Source: a virus. Taken from it: a stretch of DNA of 64,000 bases. The notes beneath the pieces were generated by a model, which was given only the letters and a program-made list of their open reading frames with translations, had not been told where the DNA came from and did not search any database. Each line of letters opens with the position of its first letter. The first letter of the stretch is position 1. The position numbers and the translations under genes are program-made. Below are positions 37,251 through 46,258 of this stretch, in pieces. Where the stretch lies: the IMG/VR virus record IMGVR_UViG_3300045988_126112, positions 128,001 to 192,000 of that record. One strand, given 5' to 3'.

Positions 37251-38129
37251 ATGTTATATAGAATATATAATCAAACAGAAATGAGAGCTATGGATACTGC
37301 ATTTAAATTATTTCAAGAAGGAAGAATTAATTTAGGTGAATACAATCAATTTATAGAATTAATAAATAATGGTACTTATATGAATTTAATAGGAGGTATG
37401 GAATTAATGAAAGATAAATTTATATTTGATGGAATAAAAATGACAGATGAAAAGAAAAGCTATGGAAAAGTAAGTGAATTTGATAAAGAAGACAAAGAAA
37501 AAATAATGTCAGATTTTAAAGGTTATCTATTTGAATTATCTGAAAGAAATAATGTTTGTAACTTAAAAGCTATGAAAAATCCATTTATGGATGCTTTAAT
37601 AGATGGATTAGAAAAAGCAACTAAACAAAAACAACAAACTCCTACAGTAGATTTATCAAAAAGTAGATTAGATTTACCATTATGCCCAAGAAGAAATAAT
37701 GGTGATTTTAATTACGATTACTCTGAATGGTTAAATAATAGAAAAGAAGTGTGTACAAAATGTACTGCACTTTGTCCAGAAAGAGAGAATTATATAAAAG
37801 ATGATGAAGTAGTATATAATAAAATTAATCCAATACTAGCAGATGAAAGTTCTGCAAATGATTATAGTGACTTTGATAGTTTACCTATTGAAGATGATTA
37901 TACAGTAGAACCTCAAGATTGTTTATATAGTTATGCAGATGTGATGAGAATGCTTTTGAATCTGTCTGACATACAAATACCAAGACAAACATTAATGACA
38001 ATGGATGATTTAGAATTAGAAAATTATGCTCATCAAATATCTAAAAACAATGATAGCTTTAAATTTAAATATGACAAAATTAAAGAGATAATGAATGATA
38101 TAGCTCAAAAACGTTCAGAAGAAATATAA
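37251..38129 (+). CDS. hypothetical protein
   Basis: 292 aa. The SD lies within the end of the previous gene. Confidence 0.85.
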   Translation: MLYRIYNQTEMRAMDTAFKLFQEGRINLGEYNQFIELINNGTYMNLIGGMELMKDKFIFDGIKMTDEKKSYGKVSEFDKEDKEKIMSDFKGYLFELSERNNVCNLKAMKNPFMDALIDGLEKATKQKQQTPTVDLSKSRLDLPLCPRRNNGDFNYDYSEWLNNRKEVCTKCTALCPERENYIKDDEVVYNKINPILADESSANDYSDFDSLPIEDDYTVEPQDCLYSYADVMRMLLNLSDIQIPRQTLMTMDDLELENYAHQISKNNDSFKFKYDKIKEIMNDIAQKRSEEI

Positions 38130-38139
38130 GCTATACAAA

Positions 38140-38171
38140 GTAAAGAGGACGAATCCTCTTTACTTTTTTTT
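38140..38171 (+). terminator. intrinsic terminator (core GGACGAATCC)
   Basis: Stem GTAAAGAGGA/TCCTCTTTAC with loop CGAA, followed by T8. Confidence 0.85.
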
Positions 38172-38202
38172 ATAAAAATAATATATATTGGAGGTATGTA
38201 AT

Positions 38203-38991
38203 ATGAAAGATATGGGATTTAATAGTTATTGTTTAATAGCTGAAGATAGCAATTATGAAATTTATAGACAAACTGATATACAATATGGGAATGCAGATTA
38301 TTTTGTTATAAATAAAAATGATGTATCTGATGATATTGATTCATATACAGTAGATTCTAGACAAGCAACTAAAAGAAGAAGAGGAACTAAAATGACACAT
38401 CATGTTAATAGATTCTTAAGAGATAATTGTACTGAAGATGCTAGAATGTATTATGATAAATATAATAGTGTTTTTGAATATGCTGAATCAATGGCATTAT
38501 TTCAAACATATTATGATAGAGTAATAAAAATTGTAGATAAAGAATATATAATGCATGTATTAGGTCTTTGTGGTCCTGATGTAGCATTAGCAGTATTATG
38601 TACTATGTTTAAAAATGGTGATTCAGTAATTAAGAAATTTATTAAAATAAAACAATCTGATAAAATATATATAGATACATCAATAAGAGCAAAAGCTAGT
38701 GAAGTAGATGAAGTTTATAATGGTATAATAAAAGAAGGATACAAATATAATAAACAAAAACTAAAAGATTTAATTGATGCTATACCTGATGAAGAATTAA
38801 AGAAATGTATTAATAATGATATAATAGAATCTTGCTCTATTAATATTGCTAGAAAACTATTTTTAGATATTGTAGAGCATAACGATATTGTATTAAAAAC
38901 ATTATTATGCTATACACACAATCTATTAGGTGAAGAGAAATTCTATGAAATTATAGAATATAAGAAAAAGAGAGCAAGAAAAAATAAATAG
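38203..38991 (+). CDS. hypothetical protein
   Basis: The track start TTG 38188 is part of TTGGAGGT (an SD). The likely start is ATG 38203. Confidence 0.85.
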   Translation: MKDMGFNSYCLIAEDSNYEIYRQTDIQYGNADYFVINKNDVSDDIDSYTVDSRQATKRRRGTKMTHHVNRFLRDNCTEDARMYYDKYNSVFEYAESMALFQTYYDRVIKIVDKEYIMHVLGLCGPDVALAVLCTMFKNGDSVIKKFIKIKQSDKIYIDTSIRAKASEVDEVYNGIIKEGYKYNKQKLKDLIDAIPDEELKKCINNDIIESCSINIARKLFLDIVEHNDIVLKTLLCYTHNLLGEEKFYEIIEYKKKRARKNK

Positions 38992-38999
38992 CAAAAGAA

Positions 39000-39032
39000 A
39001 TAAAGATAGGACGAATCCTATCTTTATTTTTT
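39000..39032. terminator. bidirectional terminator (core GGACGAATCC, homologous to 38140-38171)
   Basis: Stem ATAAAGATAGGA/TCCTATCTTTAT with loop CGAA, followed by a T-run. It lies between convergent genes. Confidence 0.85.
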
Positions 39033-39034
39033 GA

Positions 39035-39682
39035 TTAATCTAAATATTGTGACCAATTCATTACATTTTTTCTAAGTTCTAAGATGCCACCATCATCAGC
39101 TGCATCACCTTTAGATATTACATCATCAAGATAATGAATTACTTTATAAGCAATTTCTTTAGTGATACCATAATTATATTTGTTTAAAAGATTATACCAA
39201 TTACCGAATATCATTTTAGGTGATAAATATAAACTATCGGTATTATGATATAATTGATGTGGAGTTTTAGATAGCATAGTCAACGGTATATTATGAAGTC
39301 TATGTTCCTGTTTAAGTTTCTTTATTAAATCAAAAGTACTTATATAACCTGTAGTATTTATAGTATGCTCAGTTATCATTAAAGCTACATCAAATATAGT
39401 TAATATACAATGATGCATTTCTAATGTAGCCATATCATCAGTTATATTACCATGTACTTGACAATGGTCTAATCCATAAGACATAAGTTCAGATTTGATA
39501 GCTTTATAAGCTCTACTACCTCTGAATTGTCTTATAGCATTACTAAGAAAATTCTTATAAGCTTCAGTATCTTGAAGTGTTTCTCTTGATTGATAAAACG
39601 GTAAAATGAATTCAGAATTAGGTGAATGAATTATAGGATTAAATGTACTATTTATTACATTTATATCTGGAAGATTACTCAT
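39035..39682 (-). CDS. His-rich protein, paralog of 26527-27324 (possible degenerate HNH-like), lone antisense gene
   Basis: 215 aa. LEMHHCILTIFD...LSKTPHQLYHN. AAGGAGG RBS. Confidence 0.8.
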   Translation of the reverse strand: MSNLPDINVINSTFNPIIHSPNSEFILPFYQSRETLQDTEAYKNFLSNAIRQFRGSRAYKAIKSELMSYGLDHCQVHGNITDDMATLEMHHCILTIFDVALMITEHTINTTGYISTFDLIKKLKQEHRLHNIPLTMLSKTPHQLYHNTDSLYLSPKMIFGNWYNLLNKYNYGITKEIAYKVIHYLDDVISKGDAADDGGILELRKNVMNWSQYLD

Positions 39683-39737
39683 TCTAATTACCTCCTTTAT
39701 AGTATATTTATTGTATTGTTAAAATAAGTAATGGTTA

Positions 39738-39746
39738 TATATTATA
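39738..39746 (+). promoter_or_regulatory. promoter-like motif TATATTATA
   Basis: GGTTATATATTATAA, 40 nt upstream of ATG 39787. Confidence 0.5.
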
Positions 39747-39786
39747 AAGGTGTAATAAAAATATAATTTATTAGGAGGAATTAATT

Positions 39787-40569
39787 ATGGATAATAAAAC
39801 TAAAATATCATTATTCTTTGACTTACAAATAATAACAAATAAAGACGGTGAACCAATTTATATGGATTTCGTCAAACAATCAGAAGAAGGCGATACTATG
39901 ATATCAGAAGAATTATACCCAGAAATATTTGGTGCTTTATTAAAAACTAAAAATGAAGGTAGAAGATATGTGTGTCCAGTAATGCAATACTATTCATATT
40001 TAGAAAATTCTATGCGTTCATTAAATAAACAATATGAAAATGATGTTTATAATAGAATAATAAAAGATAATATGTCTACAATAGTATCTAAAGCAGTAGC
40101 TGATTTAGATGTATTAGATAAACATATTGTAAATATTCCAAAAGAAATTTATACAATTAGTATAGAAATAGAATTAGAAGGTACAGGTATATCATCATTA
40201 AAATGTAGTTTATTCTCACCAACTGGAAAAAAAGAATGTGATATACTGGAAAAAGCATTATTCTTCTTATATATGTATTATAAAGAAATAAATTCAGATA
40301 ACATAGCTAAATCTATCACTTATCTATTATGCTTCTCTGTAGATAATAATGATATTAATACAGCAAATATATTTAATATATTTACAGGAGATTTAGGTTT
40401 TATATTTGATTATAAGAAGACTGAGGACGACGAAGATGATTCATATCTAGAAGACCTTAGTGAAAATTATATAGACAATTTTTTAGATGTAATTATAGGT
40501 GGATTAAATAAATTATATTATGGAGATTTTATAGACGAAACTTATAGAGTAAGTAAACTTTTAAACTAG
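39787..40569 (+). CDS. hypothetical protein
   Basis: 260 aa. TAGGAGG RBS. Confidence 0.85.
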   Translation: MDNKTKISLFFDLQIITNKDGEPIYMDFVKQSEEGDTMISEELYPEIFGALLKTKNEGRRYVCPVMQYYSYLENSMRSLNKQYENDVYNRIIKDNMSTIVSKAVADLDVLDKHIVNIPKEIYTISIEIELEGTGISSLKCSLFSPTGKKECDILEKALFFLYMYYKEINSDNIAKSITYLLCFSVDNNDINTANIFNIFTGDLGFIFDYKKTEDDEDDSYLEDLSENYIDNFLDVIIGGLNKLYYGDFIDETYRVSKLLN

Positions 40570-40580
40570 GAGGAATAATT

Positions 40581-40922
40581 ATGATATCTAAGAAAAGAGT
40601 GCAATTTAATGTAATAACAACAGAAGACAATAATGAAAAGAATGTCATTATATCTGATTTCTATGTATCTGACTTAACAGAAAGAACTTTCACTACGTTG
40701 GATGCAGAAGAAATGGAAGTTATAAAAAATGAATTTAATAGAGAAAGCAATAAACTACTAGAAGTACTTACTAATTCTAATGGAGATATAAGTTGTACAT
40801 TAGGTGAAACATTAGTTAGTATTTTAAGAAATGAAAATATTAATGAAATTGCTAAAGTCAATACAATTAATACTATCATTGACTTAGTAAGAGAAACATT
40901 AAATAATAAAGACATATTATAA
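40581..40922 (+). CDS. hypothetical protein
   Basis: 113 aa. TAGGAGG RBS. Confidence 0.85.
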   Translation: MISKKRVQFNVITTEDNNEKNVIISDFYVSDLTERTFTTLDAEEMEVIKNEFNRESNKLLEVLTNSNGDISCTLGETLVSILRNENINEIAKVNTINTIIDLVRETLNNKDIL

Positions 40923-40928
40923 AGAGAT

Positions 40929-40955
40929 AAACTGGGGAAACCCAGTTTATTTTTT
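40929..40955 (+). terminator. intrinsic terminator
   Basis: Stem AAACTGGG/CCCAGTTT followed by ATTTTTT. Confidence 0.75.
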
Positions 40956-40986
40956 GCACATATTTATAATAAAAGGAGGGATATAA

Positions 40987-43389
40987 ATGGCTGATAAGAT
41001 TATTAAAACTTCTAATATACCTTTATTGGATAATGTAATTCACTATTTAAAAAAATTAGCATTAGAAACTGTAGTCAAAGATCAAGTATTAGCTGATTCG
41101 TATGAAACTACTGAATCAAGAAAAAACTTTGATGTATATAAAATGTGTAAATTGAATACAGTAAGATATGAATATTTTGATTATGAATATGAAGATTTAT
41201 TAGAAACTTCAGTACATCCAAGAGAAATATATGATATATTAGTTGATAAATTTAATGCTCCAGATAATATAAGAAAAGAATTATTGGAAGTTAAAAAGAA
41301 ACAAGTTATAGAAGACTATGAAGAATTAAATAATTATTATAGAATGCTATGTGGCTTACCCGATATAGGTGATACTTATAATATATATGTAAGTGAAGAT
41401 TATCTTACAGAAGATGATTATGTATTTGTAGATACATCTGTTCCAATACAATATATGTCTGAGAATGAACAAGATTTCTTATATTCTATAGGAGTTATAG
41501 ATGAATATATTAAAACTTATCCAAATAAAAAGTATTTAAACTTCTTAGGTTCTAGAAAGATAGAACCATTAACAGCTAGAATGACAAAACCTTTTGGAAT
41601 GTTATATATGCCTACAGATGGTATTCCTATGGAAGTATATAGTAGATGGATGAATAAGTTTAATGTAAATAGAGTATTTGTTTTAAAGACAATATATAAT
41701 AGTCACGCATTTATAGATGAGAATCCATATTATGAAAAGTTTATAGCAATGTTTATAATAATTCAAACTATGTTAGATATAATATCTGAGTTACCAGATT
41801 TTATAATCAAAAGAGATATATTTGATTTGGAAATGATTAAGTTGATATTTAAGTCTTATGATGTTGAATATTTCTCAAATATACCATTAAACTATCAACA
41901 AGCTATAGTAAGAAATATTAATAAGCTTATAGAGTTTAAATCCACATCTACAAGTATAATCAATATCTGTTCTTTATTTGGTTGTGATAATGTTACAGTA
42001 TTCAAGTATTATCTATTTAAAGATAGAGTAAAGAATGAAGATGGTACATTTGCTTTCAATGAAAATGAATTTGATAATTATAAATTTAAATTCATTAAAT
42101 GTCCTATAGATGAAAACATTGATGACTATATAAAGAGTAATAATAATTATTTGATATACAATGATGTTACTTTAGGAGATAAATGGTGGGATGGAGGTCT
42201 TGATCATAAATACGTAGAGAAAATGATAAAAGAACATGAATTCAATTATCTTCAATCTAAATATTTATCAGTAGACTGTGTATTTTCAATGACTGAAATA
42301 CTATTCCAATTAGTATATTTTTATAATATGATGTTTGATAATGTACGTTCAGAGGAATTACTTAGAGTTAGATTATTCAATCTAAGTAATAGATATTCAT
42401 TTAGACTTACAGATGTATTTTGTTTTTTATTTGCTCTTGGATATATTTATTATGGTTTATCCGATGATTTACTATTTGATCAGTCTAAAGTATTATATGT
42501 AAAAGGTTTTAATTTTTCTACAGATATGGAAGAATTAGCTAATTATGTAAATAGTAAATATTATACATTAGAAGACTTAGGAGTAGCTGATTTTGTTACA
42601 TTTGAAAAGAAAGATAGAATTTTTACTTATAAGCAATTAAGTGATGTGTTTATAAATAATAAGAATATATATAATCATATAGTTCATGAAATGAGACATG
42701 CTAGCAATAAAAGAATATATGATATATATAAGAAATTATTTGATTCTATGATGATAGTAGAATTGACTAGTGATTTCTTTGTTAAAAGTAATGGAGAATT
42801 AGCTAAAACATTTACAGACTACCTTGAAGATAGAGATAAAATATTATATGAAAATCTTATTGATATAAAATCTATGGAAACACAAGAAGAAAGACAACAA
42901 GCTGCTAGTACTTTAATAGATGATATTATATATGTATTAGAACATCAATATCTTACTGATGTAGCTTTTAATAAAATATATAGATGCTTTCCTACAGCAG
43001 ATGCTAATAGTATAATTGTATATATAAGAGAATTAGTAGAATTCTTTAAATCATATAAAGTACAAATAGACCAAATGAATATTATATATTTATTAGATGA
43101 TGAATATGAAAACTGGTGTGGAGCTATAGATGATGTATTAATAAAAGTTAATATGAGTCCAAGTTCTTGTCAAAATGGAAAAGAATATGCTAAAATACAT
43201 GATTCTATGATTCCTAAACAAGAAAACAATGTTGTTGAAGAATTATTTATCAAGTCTGATTGGATGAAAAATAGACCTATATATGATAATGGTTCACCTA
43301 AAGAAGTTAAAACTACAAAAACTATATTTAGACCTATTGATGGTCATATTCCACAAGAGTTGGTAAGTATAATAGAAACATATAATTAA
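40987..43389 (+). CDS. large hypothetical protein (possibly virion structural)
   Basis: 800 aa. AAGGAGGG RBS. I recognised no motif. The structural assignment rests only on size and on the tightly coupled, strongly terminated downstream gene. Confidence 0.85.
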   Translation: MADKIIKTSNIPLLDNVIHYLKKLALETVVKDQVLADSYETTESRKNFDVYKMCKLNTVRYEYFDYEYEDLLETSVHPREIYDILVDKFNAPDNIRKELLEVKKKQVIEDYEELNNYYRMLCGLPDIGDTYNIYVSEDYLTEDDYVFVDTSVPIQYMSENEQDFLYSIGVIDEYIKTYPNKKYLNFLGSRKIEPLTARMTKPFGMLYMPTDGIPMEVYSRWMNKFNVNRVFVLKTIYNSHAFIDENPYYEKFIAMFIIIQTMLDIISELPDFIIKRDIFDLEMIKLIFKSYDVEYFSNIPLNYQQAIVRNINKLIEFKSTSTSIINICSLFGCDNVTVFKYYLFKDRVKNEDGTFAFNENEFDNYKFKFIKCPIDENIDDYIKSNNNYLIYNDVTLGDKWWDGGLDHKYVEKMIKEHEFNYLQSKYLSVDCVFSMTEILFQLVYFYNMMFDNVRSEELLRVRLFNLSNRYSFRLTDVFCFLFALGYIYYGLSDDLLFDQSKVLYVKGFNFSTDMEELANYVNSKYYTLEDLGVADFVTFEKKDRIFTYKQLSDVFINNKNIYNHIVHEMRHASNKRIYDIYKKLFDSMMIVELTSDFFVKSNGELAKTFTDYLEDRDKILYENLIDIKSMETQEERQQAASTLIDDIIYVLEHQYLTDVAFNKIYRCFPTADANSIIVYIRELVEFFKSYKVQIDQMNIIYLLDDEYENWCGAIDDVLIKVNMSPSSCQNGKEYAKIHDSMIPKQENNVVEELFIKSDWMKNRPIYDNGSPKEVKTTKTIFRPIDGHIPQELVSIIETYN

Positions 43390-43406
43390 AAAAGGGAGGT
43401 ATAGGA

Positions 43407-44234
43407 ATGAATAAACAAAGAATAGTATACGATAGAACTGCATTAAAAGGAGAAGAAGAAGTTCAAATTAAAAAGAAAAAAGGTGGTTATGTAACTGCTA
43501 TAAATCATGAAACTGGTGAAGTTATATTTAAACAACTTCCAAATATGATAACTACAGCTGGTTCGGCTTTCGCTGCAGCTAAAATATGGAATATTACTCC
43601 AGATATATGGACTCCAACTTATAATAACTATTTAGGATTAGACCATACAGTTAACGAACCATATCCAAATCCAGGAGTAAGAGCAGAAGAAAAAGTATTT
43701 TTATTTGCTGTTGGTATAGACGGATGTGGTGCTGAAGCAAGTCAAGTATTTAAAGTAGACCCAACTAAATGGATAAATAGAGATAACTTAATTCCATTTA
43801 GATATGTAAATACTAATAACGATTTAGGAGATGAAATGAGAGAAAAATATTTCGGTAAGAAAACATTAGCTAACGGTAAAACAGCATATTACTTTAAAGC
43901 TTTTGATACCGAACCAATATTTGTTCAACAATATTCAGATGGAACTCCAATAGGAACAGACATATATGACAATACAAGAAAAGATGAAGTAGAAAACTAT
44001 ATAGAATTAAGAATGTCTATAACTAAAGAAGATTGTAGAGATTTCTTTATATCTACTGTAGGTATACAATCAGCTAAAATTAATTCTATATCATTACTTA
44101 CTGCATGGAAAAAAGTAATAGATGGATATGTATATTATCAAGATATAAGACCATATACTAAATATAATTTTAGTAATGAACATCTTATAGAAATATCTAA
44201 AGGTATAGACTTTATATATCAATTATATTATTAA
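43407..44234 (+). CDS. hypothetical protein (possibly an abundant structural protein)
   Basis: 275 aa. AGGGAGG RBS. It is followed by a 14-bp perfect hairpin. Confidence 0.85.
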   Translation: MNKQRIVYDRTALKGEEEVQIKKKKGGYVTAINHETGEVIFKQLPNMITTAGSAFAAAKIWNITPDIWTPTYNNYLGLDHTVNEPYPNPGVRAEEKVFLFAVGIDGCGAEASQVFKVDPTKWINRDNLIPFRYVNTNNDLGDEMREKYFGKKTLANGKTAYYFKAFDTEPIFVQQYSDGTPIGTDIYDNTRKDEVENYIELRMSITKEDCRDFFISTVGIQSAKINSISLLTAWKKVIDGYVYYQDIRPYTKYNFSNEHLIEISKGIDFIYQLYY

Positions 44235-44243
44235 ATATATCTT

Positions 44244-44330
44244 AATAGGAGTGATGTCGGATATGCATACTATGCATATCCGACATTTAACCTCTTTAGT
44301 ATTAATTAGAAATAGTTGATAATTAGTAAT
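44244..44330 (+). repeat. intergenic repeat, copy A (AATAGGAGTG, then a hairpin, then ATTAACC..TTAGTATTAATTAGAAAT..TTGATAATTA)
   Basis: The hairpin is GTCGGATATGCATA-C-TATGCATATCCGAC (44256-44284). The flanks are shared with copies B and C. Confidence 0.8.
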
Positions 44331-44358
44331 TATTAATTCAATTATATACTATATTTAT

Positions 44359-44380
44359 GATATCAAATAGATATCAAAAA
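44359..44380 (+). promoter_or_regulatory. tandem 11-nt direct repeat GATATCAAATA|GATATCAAAAA (operator-like)
   Basis: It lies between a degenerate promoter-like motif and the SD of the BRO-N pseudogene. The same arrangement occurs at 45377-45398. Confidence 0.45.
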
Positions 44381-44406
44381 ATAATTAATATTAGGAGGAA
44401 TGAATT

Positions 44407-45053
44407 ATGAACGAATTAATATTTAATTTTGAAGGACATGGAGTAGAGGTAATTAATTTTAATGGGCAAACTTTATTTAATCCATATGATGTGGGTAGAT
44501 GTTTAGATTTATCAGGAAGTACAGTAAGAATGCATATATAAGGTATGAATCAAAATCAAGTTATTAAACTAAAAAATTCAAATATAGTTTGCACAAACAT
44601 TAGAAAATTAAATAACACAGGTGAAAATTTCTTAACTGAAGCTGGAGTATACACTATGATAACCAATTGTCATTGCTGCCAAGAGAAAAAACAAAAAGTT
44701 TTATTAGCTTTAGGATTTGAAGGTAAAATCATATTAACTTCAAGAAAAGAACCAGAATTTATAAACCAACTAGAACAAGCATTAGAGCCTTTTAATATAA
44801 AGGGTATACAACAATATCAAGTATTAAATTATAGAATAGACTATTACATTCCAAGTCTCAATATTGCTATAGAATATGATGAGAATGGACATGACCATTA
44901 TACCTATGAAAACCATGAACTTAGACAATTGGAAATAGAAGAAAACTAGGGTGTAAGTTTATAAGGGTAACAGATAAAAATGAAGATTCTTACAATATTG
45001 GATTAGTATTAAAACAATTATTTGATAAAAATTGGATAAATATTATAATGTAG
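44407..45053 (+). pseudogene. disrupted BRO-N antirepressor-like domain fused to a DUF559/Vsr-like PD-(D/E)xK nuclease domain
   Basis: MNELIFNFEGHGVEVINFNGQTLFNP... matches the intact paralog at 45423. An in-frame TAA at 44539-44541 sits where the paralog has Glu. Reading resumes in the same frame (track ORF 44545-44949, YRIDYYIP..NIAIEYDENGH). A 1-nt frameshift near 44946 creates a TAG, after which ..CKFIRVTDKNEDSYNIGLVLKQLF continues in another frame to 45053. Confidence 0.75.
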
Positions 45054-45094
45054 ATTTTGTAAATCGAGTATTTCTAATGTTGTGATTCTATCTA

Positions 45095-45180
45095 AATAGG
45101 AGTGTTGTTAAAAGTGCATACTATGCAGTTTTAACGATTAACCACTTTAGCATTAATTAGAGATTTTTGATAAAAGTAAT
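45095..45180 (+). repeat. intergenic repeat, copy B
   Basis: AATAGGAGTG, then hairpin GTTAAAAGTGCATA-C-TATGCAGTTTTAAC (45107-45135), then GATTAACCACTTTAGCATTAATTAGAGATTTTTGATAA. Confidence 0.8.
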
Positions 45181-45247
45181 AAAAATAGTAAATTTTATAA
45201 TACACATATTTGCAAATTGGATATTTTTGATATTCTAATTATATGTA

Positions 45248-45333
45248 GATAGAAGTACTGTCGCAGGGAATAAGTTTCCCATCCGACGATTAACCATTTT
45301 AGCATTAATTAGAAATATTTTGATAATTAATAA
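45248..45333 (+). repeat. intergenic repeat, copy C
   Basis: GATAGAAGTA, then hairpin GTCG..GGGAA-TAAGT-TTCCC..CGAC (45260-45287), then GATTAACCATTTTAGCATTAATTAGAAATATTTTGATAATTAATAAT. Confidence 0.75.
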
Positions 45334-45362
45334 TTTTTCATTTTTAAAAATTAGTTCAACCA

Positions 45363-45371
45363 TATATTATA
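45363..45371 (+). promoter_or_regulatory. promoter-like motif TATATTATA
   Basis: CCATATATTATAC, 51 nt upstream of ATG 45423. Confidence 0.45.
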
Positions 45372-45376
45372 CCTAT

Positions 45377-45398
45377 GATATCAAATAGGTATCAAAAT
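45377..45398 (+). promoter_or_regulatory. tandem direct repeat GATATCAAATA|GGTATCAAAAT (operator-like)
   Basis: Same position relative to the promoter-like motif and the SD as 44359-44380. Confidence 0.45.
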
Positions 45399-45422
45399 AA
45401 TTATATTAGGAGGAATAAGAAT

Positions 45423-46187
45423 ATGAACATACTATTTAATTTCGAAGGGCATGAAGTAGAAATAATTAATTTTAATGGAGAAGGATTATTTAATCCAAGA
45501 CATATTGGTGAATGTTTAGAATTAACAGAAAGTGCAGTTAGAAAAGCAATGGAAAAAATGACTCAAAATCAAGCTATAAAACTAACAAATTCAGATATTA
45601 ATGGTACTAATATTAGAAAATTAAATAACGCAGGTGAAAATTTCTTAAAGGAAGCTGGTGTTTATAAACTTATATTTAAATCAAATAAACCAGCAGCAGA
45701 AAGATTCCAAAACTGGCTAGCAGAAGAAGTATTACCTAGAATAAGACAATATGGAGCTTATATTCCAGGTAATACACCAGAACAAATTATTGGAAATGGT
45801 ATATCTGCTATGAGTGGAATGATACCATTACATGACCATTATGATAGAATAAATTATTATTTAGAAAGAGATAAAAAATTTGTAGAAAGAGATAATAGAT
45901 TTTATTTAGATAGATTTAAAGGATTGAAAAAAGATATTATTTATGACGGAGGAGCTATATTTAATTATGTTGTAGATAAAGATATGTTGCTTTCTGTATT
46001 TAAGAATGATGAAGAACTCAATAAATTTTTAATAAATTTAGGATTTATAGTTAGAGGTAATGGTGGTAAATATTTACTAGATATAGAAAGAATTAGAAGT
46101 TTAAAACCACTTTCACTAACATATAAAGGTTTAGTAGAATTATGCTACGCTATAGATAATCCTGGAGAAATAAATTTCCATTTTTAA
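45423..46187 (+). CDS. BRO-N domain antirepressor-like protein
   Basis: The track start at 45375 precedes the SD. ATG 45423 follows TAGGAGG. LFNFEGHEVEIINFNGEGLFNPRHIGECL...ENFLKEAGVYKLIFKSNKPAAERFQNWLAEEVLPRIRQYGAY fits the BRO-N pattern. Confidence 0.85.
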   Translation: MNILFNFEGHEVEIINFNGEGLFNPRHIGECLELTESAVRKAMEKMTQNQAIKLTNSDINGTNIRKLNNAGENFLKEAGVYKLIFKSNKPAAERFQNWLAEEVLPRIRQYGAYIPGNTPEQIIGNGISAMSGMIPLHDHYDRINYYLERDKKFVERDNRFYLDRFKGLKKDIIYDGGAIFNYVVDKDMLLSVFKNDEELNKFLINLGFIVRGNGGKYLLDIERIRSLKPLSLTYKGLVELCYAIDNPGEINFHF

Positions 46188-46203
46188 AATAAAATTGATT
46201 CTG

Positions 46204-46212
46204 TATATTATA
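46204..46212 (+). promoter_or_regulatory. promoter-like motif TATATTATA
   Basis: CTGTATATTATATC, 46 nt upstream of ATG 46259. Confidence 0.45.
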
Positions 46213-46258
46213 TCTATGATATTCAAAATATTTTAATAAAAACTAGGAGGTATATATT

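Noticed and set aside
44254-44319. 21-codon mini-ORF (MSDMHTMHIRHLTSLVLIRNS) running through repeat copy A after an AGGAG
   Set aside because: The equivalent frame in copy B has an internal TAA. In copy C the frame is shifted by an indel. The substitutions between copies are mostly non-synonymous, while the stem pairing is preserved. This points to a structural element, not a coding one.
44539-44541. In-frame TAA within conserved BRO-N sequence as evidence for stop-codon reassignment or programmed readthrough
   Set aside because: TAA, TAG and TGA all end well-supported genes here and are followed directly by the next SD (for example TAG at 18204-18206 and TAA at 16727-16729). The same gene also has a frameshift. 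Pseudogenisation is the simpler reading.
44244-45333. Repeated hairpin-containing units as a CRISPR array
   Set aside because: There are only three copies. The units are about 87 nt with variable stems, the spacing is irregular (about 850 and 150 nt), and one interval holds a gene remnant. No cas genes are present.
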